DNA of 64,000 bases, from the NCBI RefSeq assembly GCF_009914755.1, contig NC_060925.1. One strand, 5' to 3'. A model generated the notes under the pieces. It made no database searches and was not told the origin of the DNA. It saw nothing but the letters and a program-made list of their open reading frames with translations. Within the stretch, counting starts at the first letter, position 1. Each line of letters begins with the position of its first letter. Origin of the DNA: the human T2T-CHM13v2.0 reference genome, Homo sapiens. Shown in pieces: positions 1 through 14,885 of this stretch. Both the position numbers and the translations under genes were made by a program.

Positions 1-261
<261 letters not shown>

Positions 262-1143
262 TTACAGGCTTTTAGTGATATATGTTTTAAAGCATAACAC
301 ACCCATTATGACACATATGACCACTAACACCTACATTTCAGTCTGCGCTTATCTTCTACAGGCTCAGTCCTCTGTCAGAAATACTTTCCTTTAAGGTCAT
401 ACACTTATGGGAAAAAATAATTAAAGAAATATAACTATAAATAAAATAATAATATTCATTTACATTTATTATGGTTAAACCACATTACTTTCCTTTTACT
501 CTAGGCCTTTTGACCCCTTCCCATTACTACTTTGTTGTTTTGTTTTGGTGGTCTAAAGTAATTAAGTAACTTGCTTAACCTCTATGTTGTACCAAGGATG
601 GAACTGTTAAGTGACAGACCCAAAGCAATTGCAATGAAGAAGGAAGATGGAGAATCCAGACAGGAACAGGGATATGTCTCTTAACACTAACCTCTTTCCA
701 ACAGGCTGATATCATCAGCGTATATTTATATCTGCACATAGCCCAATTATCTGATTATATACACTGATGCTATACGTTATTCAAACGGCAGGTGTTAGGG
801 ATTATTCTGTTTTGCAATCCTAAATTGCGGTATGCTGATTAAGATACTGAATTTCACAGAGCAGACAACATAACAAAAAGCCATTGGAAAGTTCTGAAGA
901 TAAGCAGTGGTTTTCATTATCTAATGCAGCGCCTTGCTTTATCCACAACAGGAACAATGGATACCAAAAAGCTACACATAAAATCATGAAGGTAAAAGAA
1001 GATAAAGATGACTATTGGTAACAGAATAAATAAAGCTAATGAGTAGTAAGTGTAAGCAAACAAAAATGCTACAAAAGTACTTCACAAAAACATATTTTTC
1101 CTTATATAACTAGGAGACTGCCAGTAAGAAAGAATATTAGTTG

Positions 1144-1436
<293 letters not shown>

Positions 1437-2848
1437 TTAGTAATACTCTATTGCTTCCTATATTATAGCACAATAGTGATACATAAGTTTAAAATTCAAG
1501 TTCTAAGATAAGCTAACAAACAAAATATAAATATTTTTAAAATCAGAAGCTTAAAATAGGCAACAAAAATGACAACCTCCTTCTTCTGAAAACCAAAACA
1601 AAACCCTTTTGTCCTTATCCAAATTGCATGTTATCATTTGGGACTGCAAAGCTTCTTTGTTTCCTTTGTTTTTTGTCTTGGTTATGCATCTATGCCATTA
1701 ATAATTCTGGAAATAAGGTGTCTTTTAAATAAAAGTTTTACTGATAATATTTTCATAGTTTAAGTATAATCAGGTGAAATATAAACTACTCACAAGCTTA
1801 CTTTATGTTAAATACAGAAGTATTCCACATTTTATCCACTTACACTAACAAACAGCTATCAAAGTCTTTGTTTTCAAGGATAACCAGTCTACTAATAGAC
1901 AACATACAGGACAACAAATATTAACATAAAACTGTTTTTCAGTAAAAACAAAAAATTGTTCTTTTCAGACTTTACAGATTAAGAAGCCTGTGGCAAACAA
2001 TGTAATGAAGAGGCCAGTTTCATATAGAAACTGTATGTTAATCCAATAGAGTTTACTTCAAATAAGTTATTTTATTGGGTTACTAAGATTATACATAGGA
2101 TTCAAGTCTGTGGCTGTTATCTGGAGGGACCGTTATTTGATTTCTGTGCTTGGCTGAGAAATACTGTAAGTATCTTGATGAGGCTGCCTTTTAAATAGAG
2201 GCCAGTGTTAAAACTAGAGCAGCTACTGCCACAGGACACACGCATACTTAAATACAATTTAAGAGTGCAGATCAATCACAGAGAAGTTTCCTACGTGGTT
2301 TTTACTTATTTCTTTTCTGGTTATTGTCTCTTAAATCATGTCACTGCTAATTAACAACTCCATTGGTTCTGAAAGAGAAAAATAACAGAGAAGAAAATCC
2401 CAAATTTATTGGTAGTGGTTGAAATTTAGGTTAGTCTGAATAAAATCTGAATCACTTAAAAAGCAATAACTACTACATTTTAGGCACAAAGAGTCACTCT
2501 ATCTGCAAAACGGTACACTTACTTTTACAAGAATATTACGTATACAAATAAATGTTCTTTGCATTTTGATATGGCTTATTTTTAAATAGAATTAGAGATG
2601 TCTTATGAAATACTGCTTGTATTATAAATTTGCTTCGCTAACCTTTTTTTCAAACAGGTAAATTTCAGCCTAGACTGTTAAAAAAGAAAAAAATTAGTAA
2701 GTATTTTTTGTATTTAGAACTCAATTACTACAATCCATCCTACTTACGCTAAATAAAAATAAAAGACAAAATTAGTTACTAAATACTTTCATTTGATAAA
2801 TTTCAGATAAAAAGATAGTTACAAATAAATGCAATATATCCACCTTAC

Positions 2849-2899
2849 CAATATGAGCTCTGTCAGATATAATAAGCCTTTTTTCCCAGCCTTCTAGTC
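2849..2899 (-). CDS. ADSS2: ADSS2 coding exon 4 (51 nt): (G)LEGWEKRLIISDRAHI(V); the gene continues past the window start
   Basis: Acceptor CCCCTTTCTAG|, donor G|GTAAGG; PurA ISDRAH motif; phase consistent. Confidence 0.96.
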
Positions 2900-2963
2900 C
2901 TAGAAAGGGGAAAAAGATATATTTAATTGAATATTTTGTATAGCAGTTTTAAAATCTTAATTT

Positions 2964-3230
2964 CTTTTTTTTTTTTTTTTTTTTTTTGAGACAGAGTCTC
3001 GCTCTGTCACCCAGGCTGGAGTGCAGTGGTGTGATCTCGGCTCACTGCAAGCTCCACCTCCCGGGTTCACTGCCATTCTCCTGCCTCAGCCTCCCAAGTA
3101 GTTGGGACTACAGGCACCCGCCACCACACCTGGCTAATTTTTTTTTTGTAATTTTAGTAGAGACTGGGTTTCACCGTGTTAGCCAGGATGGTCTCGATCT
3201 CCTGACCTTGTGATCCACCCACCTCAGCCT
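2964..3230 (-). mobile_element. AluY-like, 5'-truncated
   Basis: Poly(T) then Alu body; TSD AA(A/G)ATCTTAATTTCTTT at 2951 and 3231. Confidence 0.9.
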
Positions 3231-3260
3231 AAGATCTTAATTTCTTTAGAAATATGTCTA

Positions 3261-3548
3261 GGCCAGGCGTGGTGGCTAACACCTGTAATCCCAACACTGT
3301 GGGAGGCCAAGGCAGGTGGATCACTTGAGGCCAGGGGTTCGAGACCAGCCTGGTCAACATGGTAAAACCCCGTCTCTACTAAAAATACGAAATTAGCTGG
3401 GTGTGGTGGTGGGTGCATCTAATCCCAGCTACTCGGGTAGCTGTGGCACGAGAATCACTTGAACCCAGGAGGCAGAGGTTGCAGTAAGCCAAGATTGTGC
3501 CACTACACTCCAGTGTATGTGGCGGAGCGAGATGCTGTCTCACAAAAA
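3261..3548 (+). mobile_element. Alu (S/J)
   Basis: Full dimer. Confidence 0.9.
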
Positions 3549-3841
3549 AGGAAACACAATCTCTAAAAGTGTTTTTACTGAAGCAATCAAGTTTGTATCT
3601 TTTCTTCTGTATAGGAAACATCATGTCTAACAAGAGTTTTCTCACATGTCATTCATTCCATACATAAATTCACTCACATGCTATCTTTCCAAATGTCTTG
3701 CTCTAAAAGCTCCAAATTCAAACCAGTCACATCCAAATAAAATACTTCTAGGAATCCAAAAGGCAAATGGTAGAAAAACATCATGCTGGGGAGGTTAGGT
3801 ACCTGGCAGGGAGAAATTTGCCAGAAGGGAGTTAATTTTAG

Positions 3842-4209
<368 letters not shown>

Positions 4210-4373
4210 TCATTAATTCTTCTAAAGTACTACTGTCAATTACTGTACTTACTACAGTGAATTGTGAGGTATATCTGTCCCCCCATTTAACTGTGGAAGA
4301 CCTAGAGGAGGGGCTGTGAGCTTTCATAGCACAGGGCCTGTTATCCAGTAAGTGGTTTTAAAAATTACTTTTG

Positions 4374-4739
<366 letters not shown>

Positions 4740-5191
4740 CTAAGCTGCAAACATTTCAAAACTAATCTTTAACAATGAAAAATTTGTTTTTCCCTGAAGA
4801 TTTATTTTTAAAATATATTCCTTATAGATTAAGGAAGAGAACCTCCTCGGTAATGTGCTAAAAGGTAAACCTGGAATATTAAGCCTCCCCTTCTACGGTT
4901 GTTTTGACATACAAACATGTATTCTGAAGTTAGTTTAGGAGATATAATAAAGAAAATAGGACCAAGAAATTCAGTAAAGTAGATAAAGAGCAGGGTTGGA
5001 TAGGCTAGAAGGAAAAAGGGAGTAGGACAAACTTATTAAAGGAGATGAGAGCAGAGAGCAGCATCAATATAAAAATCACAGACTAGGTCACAGGTAAAAA
5101 CGCAGAAAGGAGAAAAGAGATGGTAGCAAAGACAGGGTTCTGTAGTGGTTAAGAACACCTGAAGACAGATTGCTACTTTTAAACCTGAACA

Positions 5192-5473
5192 GGGCGGGGC
5201 GCGGTGGCTCACATCTGTAATCCCAGCACCTTGGGAGGCCGAGGCAGGTGGATCACGAAGTCAGGAGTTTGAGACCATCCTGGCTAACACGGTGAAACCC
5301 CTTCTCTACTAAAAATACAAAAAATTAGCTGGGCATGGTGGCACGTGCCTATCGTCCCAGCTACTCAGAAAGCTGAGGCAGGAGAATCACTTGGACCCAC
5401 GAAGCAGAAGGTGCAGTGAGCCAAGATCACGCCACTGCACTGCAGCCTGGGTGACAGAGAGAGACTCCGTCTC

Positions 5474-5505
<32 letters not shown>
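5192..5505 (+). mobile_element. AluSc/Y-like
   Basis: Full dimer; TSD AAACCTGAACA. Confidence 0.92.
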
Positions 5506-5506
<1 letters not shown>

Positions 5507-5603
5507 AAACCTGAACATACTATAACAGTAATTGAGTGTTTTAAATGTGAGCTAATTCAAGGGGAAACTAACTATACTAATGATTTTCCTCAATTATGTA
5601 TTA

Positions 5604-6539
5604 CAGGTTGAGTCTCCTTTATTCCAAATACCAGAATATTTCAGATTTCAGATTTTTTTTGGACTTTGGAATATCTGCATATAAATAATGAGATCTCTGG
5701 GGGGTGGGGCTCAAATATATACATGAAATTCATTTATGTTTCATATACACCTTACATATCAATTGAGGCAATTTTATACAATATTTTAAATAATTTTGTG
5801 CATGAAACGAAGTTTGTTTCTTCTTCCTCCTCCTTCTCTTCCTCCTTCATCCTCCTCCTCTACCTCTGTCCTTCTCTTCTTCCTCCTTCATCCTCCTCCA
5901 CCTCTGTCCTTCTCTTCTTCCTCCTTCATCCTCCTCCTCTACCTCCATCCTTCTCTTCCTCCTCCATCCTCCTCTTCCTCCTCCATCTGTGGTTGTTTAC
6001 CAACACCAACATTCTTGACTCTGAATTTATATGCTACTGATGAGTAATCATTTCCTTACACTTATTCACACACAAGTACTTAACAGTCAAAAATATGACA
6101 TACCACCAATACAGTGGGAAAAATGTGTTCAGGGTAAGTAAGCAGTACAGCAGCAGCACCAGAGTATCTGTATCAGCTGGCAAACAGCAGCAACAACGAA
6201 GCAGGCTTCCAGTCTCCACCTGTATTCTATATTTCATTTATTACCACAGTTGGCACATCCAGCTAGTACACATGCCACTTTATTGCCCTCTGTGGGAACG
6301 CTGGTGTGGGGGAATCTGGGCGTGCATGGAAAAGATATATGAAAGCTGAAAGGGGAGAAGGCCTTTTTTCCCCTGGAAACACTGAATAAACTGTGTGCGT
6401 GCCTATGTTTGGACTGTGACTCGCTGCATGAGGTCGGGTATGGAACTTTCCACTTGTGGTGTCATGTCTGTGTTCAAAAAGTTTCAGATTTTGGGAGCAT
6501 TTTGGATTTCAGATTTTTGTATTACGGATGTTTAACCTG
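5604..6539. mobile_element. Tigger4/MER46-like Tc1-mariner fossil
   Basis: Terminal inverted repeats CAGGTTGAG...TTAACCTG flanked by TA on both sides; subterminal TTTCAGATTTT repeats. Confidence 0.75.
5818..5988. repeat. CT-rich low-complexity tract with an imperfect ~40-bp period
   Basis: Nearly pure pyrimidine (CCT/CTT)n; CCTCTGTCCTTCTCTTCTTCCTCCTTCATCCTCCTCC repeated. Confidence 0.9.
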
Positions 6540-7132
6540 TATTTGTATTATCAAATTCCCCTCACACCCTAATGAGATGGCCAAGGTTAATGTAAACACA
6601 TCTCTAAAAATCCAAGAGATCAGGAAAGGCAAGAATCCAGGACTATTTATTTTAAGAAGATGGGCATGGATATATTGTATAAAAGCAGCATTTACTTCAT
6701 TTAGAAGGAGGGACCTAAACGATTCCCCTTACATCTGTGTAGCATGGGAAAAAACAAAAATTCCCTTTTATCCCTGAGTTGTAGCAACGAAAGGAGAGCT
6801 CCAGATCCTCTAGAAAACAAGACTGACAGTGTGCAAACTCAGGAATTTCCTAGTTTTGTCACCCACATATTGTAATTCTAGCTATCTTAAGATAAAGTTT
6901 GTAGATGACTAATGTGTAAAAAAATCAGGACTTAATACAATGACATAAGATGTTGGTCTTCTGTTTAAAACACTGTTTATAATGAATAAAACTTAATAAC
7001 TGACATTAAAAATTCGTCTATAATAGCCCGAAATTTTAAAGCATAAGACAAACATGTTGTTCGTCTGGCATAAGATCCTAATAAAACTTTACAAAGAACA
7101 ACTGGTTACCAAGTAGACTCATTCTTTCATAC

Positions 7133-7201
7133 CTTTTCCTTTTTGAACATTTTTCTCTGCTTCTTCAAACAATCCAGGTAGATGAATTACCACACCATTT
7201 C
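7133..7201 (-). CDS. ADSS2: ADSS2 coding exon 3 (69 nt): (G)[22 protein letters not shown](G)
   Basis: Acceptor TTCCTTTAG|, donor AAG|GTATGA; PurA GNGVVIH motif; phase 1-1. Confidence 0.97.
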
Positions 7202-7959
7202 CTAAAGGAAAACCAACAAATCCCAACGGTAAACATCTATAACTCAGACATATGTAACTTAAAGGACATTCTGATTTACCACGGTGTTACCACAGAAATG
7301 ATTCCAAGTTTTACACAGGAGTATAATTTAAATACATAATGGAACATAATATAGTGAATATAAAACACTAGAATTATACTCAATGAAGCTGAAAATTTCT
7401 TGAAAACAAAGTGAAATATGATTTTGAAGGAAACTAATTATGTAATTTTAAGCAAATGGAACATGGTCACAGTACATGCTAAATCAGTATCTTTCAAGTT
7501 GGGGAATCACACCCTATTAGTGGTCATAAATCAATTTAGTAGGTTGTGATAAGGATTTTTAAAAATTAAAAGGAGAGTAGAAAAGATCAGATTGCATCAT
7601 TTATTGTAAGGGTTCAAAATAAATTCATGAACCTCTCATATTTCTTACTATGAGTCATGGTTGAAAGTATTTGTGGAAAAAAAAGTATTTGGAAAACTGA
7701 TTCAATGATCTAATACTTCTTTACAGAATTAAGATTGTCAGTGAGCACAGATGAATGCAAAGTAATCATTCCAAAAAGTATTACTGTTAAAAGATCTTAC
7801 AGTGACAAATAGCCAAAGTCATGTATATTCCAGAAGGTATCAAGGTCAAAATTAATAAGAGATCAATGAACCATCTGGTCAGTGAGAGATGAAAACAGTT
7901 TTGACAATAAAAAATAAACGCCATTATCAACTGGTGGGGGGGAATCTCCATGCAGTTCA

Positions 7960-8076
<117 letters not shown>

Positions 8077-9061
8077 CTAAAATGTAAGATAGGGGAAAAT
8101 TGAGCCTGATGATAAATACTACAAATAACCTATCTCCCTCCAAAGTGAATTAATGACTTCCTGCCAAAAGGTCAACTTAAGAGAGCCCAAATATTTACCA
8201 CCTCTACTCATTTGTAAAAGGCTTTAAAATAGTTTGGCTGTCTCCTTTCCCCACTGTAGAATACTTGAGTGATTATCCTGAAAGAATATAGAAATTGGGG
8301 AATTCAGGTTTCTGAAAGACAGAAAATCATATTCCTTCTTAAAAGAGGGGAAAAAAAGTGAAAAAAATACATAGAGCAATTAGTCTGTCTTTGGCTATGG
8401 AGGATTATGGCAATCTAACCATGATATTCCATCTACACACACACAAAAAATCTCTTAAGATAGAGTAATCTATCCAGTTACCCTAACTTGATGTAAATAT
8501 TCATAGAATTCCCATCATCCTAAGAGTGTGTCAAGCAACTCTGTGACCTGAAATTTGTATTCTTACATGGACTTAACAAGTATCTCCCCCAAATACTGGT
8601 TATCCTTGGCCTCTGATTTATAAACCAGTCTTGTAGGTTTGGTTAGTGACAGATCCCTAGAACCTGCTCATCTCTGGATAAAGTAATATCCTGGCTCAAG
8701 GAACTGCTAACACTGAGAATCATACTATAAACCCATGATTAAATTTCCATTCTATGAAGCTTATGCAGAAATAACAAAATGGAAAAAGTCAAATTACAAA
8801 AAGTAGGTACAAAGGAGACTAAATATTAAGTAACCAGATAACTTTTCTAAGTTTAAAAAACATGGAAGAAAACACAAGTTTTTACATTTATGTCAGCTGA
8901 TTACACATGTTTAAACTTCTATACAATATTAACACACTTTTAAAAGTATACTCGGGATGTATTTGCAACAAATAAAAACTTTAACAACATCCTTCTATAA
9001 CATTAAAAAATACTAATCAAAACTATATTGCCTCAGAATCACTAGGCTGATCATGAGGCTA

Positions 9062-10553
9062 TTTTTTTCATTTTTCATTTTTGTTGCCACGTAGTATTAC
9101 ATACATTTATGTGTTGCATGAGATATTTTGATACAAGCATATGAGTAATAATTATATCCAGGTAAATATGGTATCTATCACCTCAAGCATTTATCCTTTC
9201 ATTGAGTTACAATCTAATTATACTGAGTTATTTAAAAATGTATAATTACTGTTGACTGTAGTCCCCTGTTGTGCTGTCAAATACTAGATGTATTTTTATC
9301 TAACTATATTTGTATACCCATTAACCATCTCCCCACCCCATACCCCACTCTTACCACTACCTTTCCCAGCGTTTGGTAACCATCCTTCTACTCTCTATCT
9401 CCATGAGTTCCACTGTTTTAATTTTTAGCTCCCACAAGTTAAGTGGGAACATGTGAAGTTTGTCTTTCTGTGCTTGGCTTACTTCACGTAACATAATGAC
9501 CTCCAGTTCCATCCACGTTGTTGCAAATGACAGGATTTCATTCTTTTTTTGGTTGAATAGTACTCCACTTTGTTTATGTGGAGTTTAATATATGCCATAC
9601 ATTAGTCTTCAAAGAGTTCCTTATCTGCCTGGGTAACGCTGCTAATTATTCAAGGCTCATGGGCTTTTTAGCTAGTAGGTAACGAATCCTGCCAGAACTG
9701 GGTCCTTCCCTTCAAGGTAGCAACTTCCTTTCTGGACCAGGGTATGTCTACAAATTTGCCCTGGAACTAGGGCCTGTGACGGGGAACTCAGGACTCCGCC
9801 CAGTGCCCTGCCCCTACTGTGGCTGGGATCCAAACTGCAAGACCAAATCCTCCTGACTCTTCCTTCTCCTCAAGTGGAGGGAAGGAGCCTCTCCTGGAGC
9901 TGCATGCTGTGCTGCCTGCGGTTGGGGGAAGAGGGGCACAAGCACTCCCTTAGCTACCTTGGCTGGTGTCTCACTAGGTCACATGCCCCCCAAGTCCACT
10001 GGCTCCAAGTCCAGCACAACACCAGGACTTGCCCAAGAACTGTAGTCTTTGTGGCCCAGACTATCTTCCAAATTTATTTAGGACCCCAGAGCACTTTAGC
10101 CTGTGCTGGCTAGGCTTGCTGGAACTCAGGTTCTCAATGCTAGGATGGGCAATTCCCCTCTGGCTAGGGCTGATCTAAACGCTCCTTCCGTGGGCACTGG
10201 CTGAGTTCTGCCCAGTGTTGCTTTCTACTGTGACAAGGGCAGCACTGAGTTCCAATGCAAAGTCCTATGATCACTGCATTCTCCTGCCTCGAAGCACACA
10301 GATTCTCTCTCAGCGCCCCATGGCTGCTGGGGGTGGGGAAGGGGTGGTATCAGCAATTCAAGATTGTCTTTCCTACCCTCTTCCATGCCTCTTTCAGTGA
10401 TAGGAAGTTAAAGCCAGGTACTGTGATTGCTCACCTGATTTTCGGTTTTTATGAAGGTGCTTTTTTGTGTGGATAGTTATTAAATCTGGTGTTCCTGTAG
10501 GAGAACAATTGGTAAAGGGTTCTGTCTGACCATCTTGCCCCATTCTGCCCGAT
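9062..10553 (-). mobile_element. Old L1 (L1MA-like): 3' end (about 9062-9580) joined to 5' UTR (about 9640-10553)
   Basis: 3'UTR motifs (ATAATGACCTCCAGTTCCATCCA..GTTGCAAATGACAGGATTTCATTC); L1M 5'-end motifs (CCAGGTACTGTGATTGCTCACCTGATTTT, CCATCTTG); degenerate TSD at 9051-9066 and 10554-10569. Confidence 0.7.
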
Positions 10554-11363
10554 TCACAAGGTTATTTTTAACAAATTGAATGTTACAACTTTTACCAAAT
10601 CATCCCAATTATGAGGTCACAAAAATGCTAGAAAAATAGGCCCTGCTAAAAAAAATCTTCAAAAAGCAAATACCTATTTACACGGTGTTTTGCACCGTAT
10701 AAAGCAAAGAACTCTTTGAAGACTAATGTATGGCATATATTTTAAAAAAAAACTTGGCAGTGTTGGGCTAAAATCTGTAAGACACACTTTGGAAAGGCAC
10801 AGGCAGACGGAAACAGGGATGATGGGCAACACCTTCAAGTGATACCAAAAAGGGAACAGAGGCATTATTTTTTACTATTTATTTTTTTAATAAGAAATTC
10901 CCGCATATGATACAGACACCAAGTGGCACAGAACTATGCACAGTAAAATGTGAAGCCTTTCTCATACCCTTGCTGTAAGACAACCAGTTAGCACAAGTTT
11001 TTGGTCCTTCCTGAGGTGATTTATGCATATAAAACATATATACTGTTTTATTTTACATATACAATGGTAGCAAACTATATACATGTGGGCAGCTTGCGTA
11101 CTTCCATAACCTTGCAAACAGAATCATCTCATTCTTTTAACAGTTGTATTTTACCCTTTTGTAAATGTATATATATCATAACTTATCATACTGGTCCCAT
11201 AATGAGAGGCACTCAGATTGTTTCCCATCTTTTGCTATTATAAACAATCTTGCAATAAACTTCCTGGTATATATTATTACTTCACACTTGTGTAATTTTA
11301 TCATCAATTCTGATAGAATCCTAGGACATATATTATACACCAAAAGAACATTAATTATCTTAA

Positions 11364-11667
<304 letters not shown>

Positions 11668-11826
11668 AACTTAGTCTTTTAAAAATAACTCACAGGATAA
11701 TTCTTACCTGTATTTCAGTTCCTCTTGTTAAAAATTACTAAGTTTAATGAATTTTTACTAAGTTGTTATAAAGTATTTGGTAATTTTGAGACAACAAATA
11801 AGGTATTATTATCAAAGTCAAACCAG

Positions 11827-11950
11827 GTTTTTTTTTAGAGATGGGGTCTCACTATAGCCCAAGCAGGCCTTGAATTCCTGGGCTCAAGCGATCCTCCTGT
11901 CTCAGCCTCCTGAGTCCCTGAGACCGCATGTGCATGTCACCCTGCCTAAC
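11827..11950 (-). mobile_element. FLAM/Alu monomer
   Basis: Diverged monomer. Confidence 0.75.
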
Positions 11951-11984
11951 TACAACCAGTTTATTTTTTTAAAACCAGTTTTTA

Positions 11985-12322
<338 letters not shown>

Positions 12323-12552
12323 CTACTCTAATTTTTGGAGTAGACCCTTAAAGTAGGTCTCCTAATTTACACAAAATTACTTTTATAGATATACCAATAT
12401 AATCATTTGATGAATTATTATTTGACAATTATTACTGGTAGTGAATGACAATGTTCTTATTGTGTAACAAAAGCTTACTCTCTTAGCTAATATTTTACCA
12501 AGACAGATAGTAATGATGGAATTAACCATAATAAAGAGATGATGGTTGCTCT

Positions 12553-12577
12553 ACACACACACACACACACACACACA
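12553..12577. repeat. (CA)n microsatellite, about 12 units
   Basis: Read directly. Confidence 0.95.
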
Positions 12578-13994
12578 AATTTTTTAGGCAGATGGTTGTG
12601 ATGGATGACTTTAGGGGGAAAAATTGGCTTAACTCCCTAAGTTTGTCCAAGTTTATAGGCAGCTCAGGCTGGAAAGTTCAGCAGTAAAAGACAAAGTCAC
12701 ATGGTGGTATAAAGTTTGCTCATTCAAATATTAGTTATTGAAAAATAGCAACATTTTTCAATAACCAGTATTACATTGATTATTATATGGTTTAAATATC
12801 ATTTAAGTTGTTTCCGTATGGAAACATTGTTAAATATACCCAGAAACACCCGAGATTATCCTACGTGGGATTTAGGGGGAAATATCTAAGTGCTTATTTA
12901 TATTTGGTCACTAGTGCTCTGTGAGGCAGTTGGGGTATAACTTTTAATCTTGAAACGCACACTACACAGAAGGGTCTTCAGGAGAACTGAGAAAGAGCTG
13001 CTCATAAGGAGTTTCTTGATGAGGTAATCTATATAGGAAGCAAGTTTTAGTATACTGTATTTTATAAAATGCAACAGATAAAGAAATTTGAAGTGCCCAT
13101 TTGGATGTTAACCTAAAATATTCAGATTATGTAAATAGGCAAAATTCACCTTGGGAGCTCAGGCAATTGTCCTCAAACAGAGATTATACTGGTTCAAGGA
13201 GAGGTCACATATTAGCAGACAGTAAAACAAAGCATTTCAAATATGAGCACCATAACCAAAAACAGTTTCAAATACGAGCACCCCCTCAGTCTCCCACCTA
13301 TGTATTAGAAGGGCAGATGGAGCTGCTCCTACATGGGCCCATGGGCAACTCTGTGTAATATGTGCCAGGATGAGCAACAGCAAGGATGTGTTTGATTCAT
13401 CATGTTTCATGATTCTCCCAAGCAGCACTGGGGAGGCCAGATAGTACCAAACAAATGATGGGAGATATTTTGTTGTTGTTGTTCTACTTCTAACGGAAAC
13501 ATACAATTTCCTTCTCAATCCAAATTTTCCACAAACCAAACTTGGTAAGTTATCTCCCACAAATGTATTAGTCTTATAATCACATTAACAGTTACACTAA
13601 CTACCTCCTGCTTCTTTGCCAAACTCCCGTAACACTTATGATCCCAGTCACTCTTGTAGCATTTAACAAATACTTTTCATTATCATAGCTGTATATTCTA
13701 TATTACTTAACAAAAAAATAGAATATGTTCAATTAATAGTTATATAAACAAAGGGCTGTGGAATCTCAACGTTGTTTCTGGATCAATTATATCCAACAGG
13801 GAAAACATTTAGTAATAAATCTCAGAGATAATTTTTTGAACTTTGTTTTTCCTAGAAATAAGTCATATTTCTGAGTTGGTAAAATGCTTTTCTGAACGTA
13901 CATTTTTGGTATCTGGCACAGTCAACCAAATGTCTGTCCATTTTTGTGTAGCCTTTATACAGTACAGATTTCAGACATCATCCTTGCATCTGAA

Positions 13995-14215
13995 TATTAA
14001 AAACATTTGACATTGTTTTTTTCAGTCCGCACAACACCCCTATGAAGTAGGTGGTACTGACTATTCCACAGATGGGGAGGCCTAGGCACGGAAAGGTTTA
14101 GTGGCTCCTCACAAGCCACGTGGCAGGGAGGCGGAGTGGCAGAGTGGCGGAGCGGCTCTCCAGCCACGTGCTGACACCGCCTTCTCATTCACACTTCCAT
14201 CAGTGCCACAACACT
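13995..14215 (-). mobile_element. MIR
   Basis: Core-like CACAACACCCCTATGAAGTAGGT..ACAGATGGGGAGGCCTAGGCACGGAAAGGTTTAGTGGCT. Confidence 0.7.
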
Positions 14216-14541
14216 GCATGGCAGGCTTTCAGGTTGAGGCCAATTTTTAAACCATTTTACTTCTGAAATATACCCTACCCCCCACCAACACCCCAAGAAA
14301 CAAAAAACAGCATGAGTCCACAAGTAGCTACGTGGCAGGTTTCTTTGAGGAAAAGCATAAGCTTATAATGCCTTATATGATGTTCTTCTTATATTAAATA
14401 CCAAGAATAAATGCAGGTTAATTTTATTAAAGTGAACAATATATGAAAGAAAATTCAATTGCAGTCACAAAACATCCCCTAATATAGTATATATTTTACC
14501 AATTTTCTTTGACTGTTATTCTTACATTAAGATGAAATACA

Positions 14542-14885
<344 letters not shown>

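Noticed and set aside
5666-6047. Ser/Pro/Leu-rich ORFs
   Set aside because: Translation of the CT low-complexity tract within a DNA-transposon fossil.
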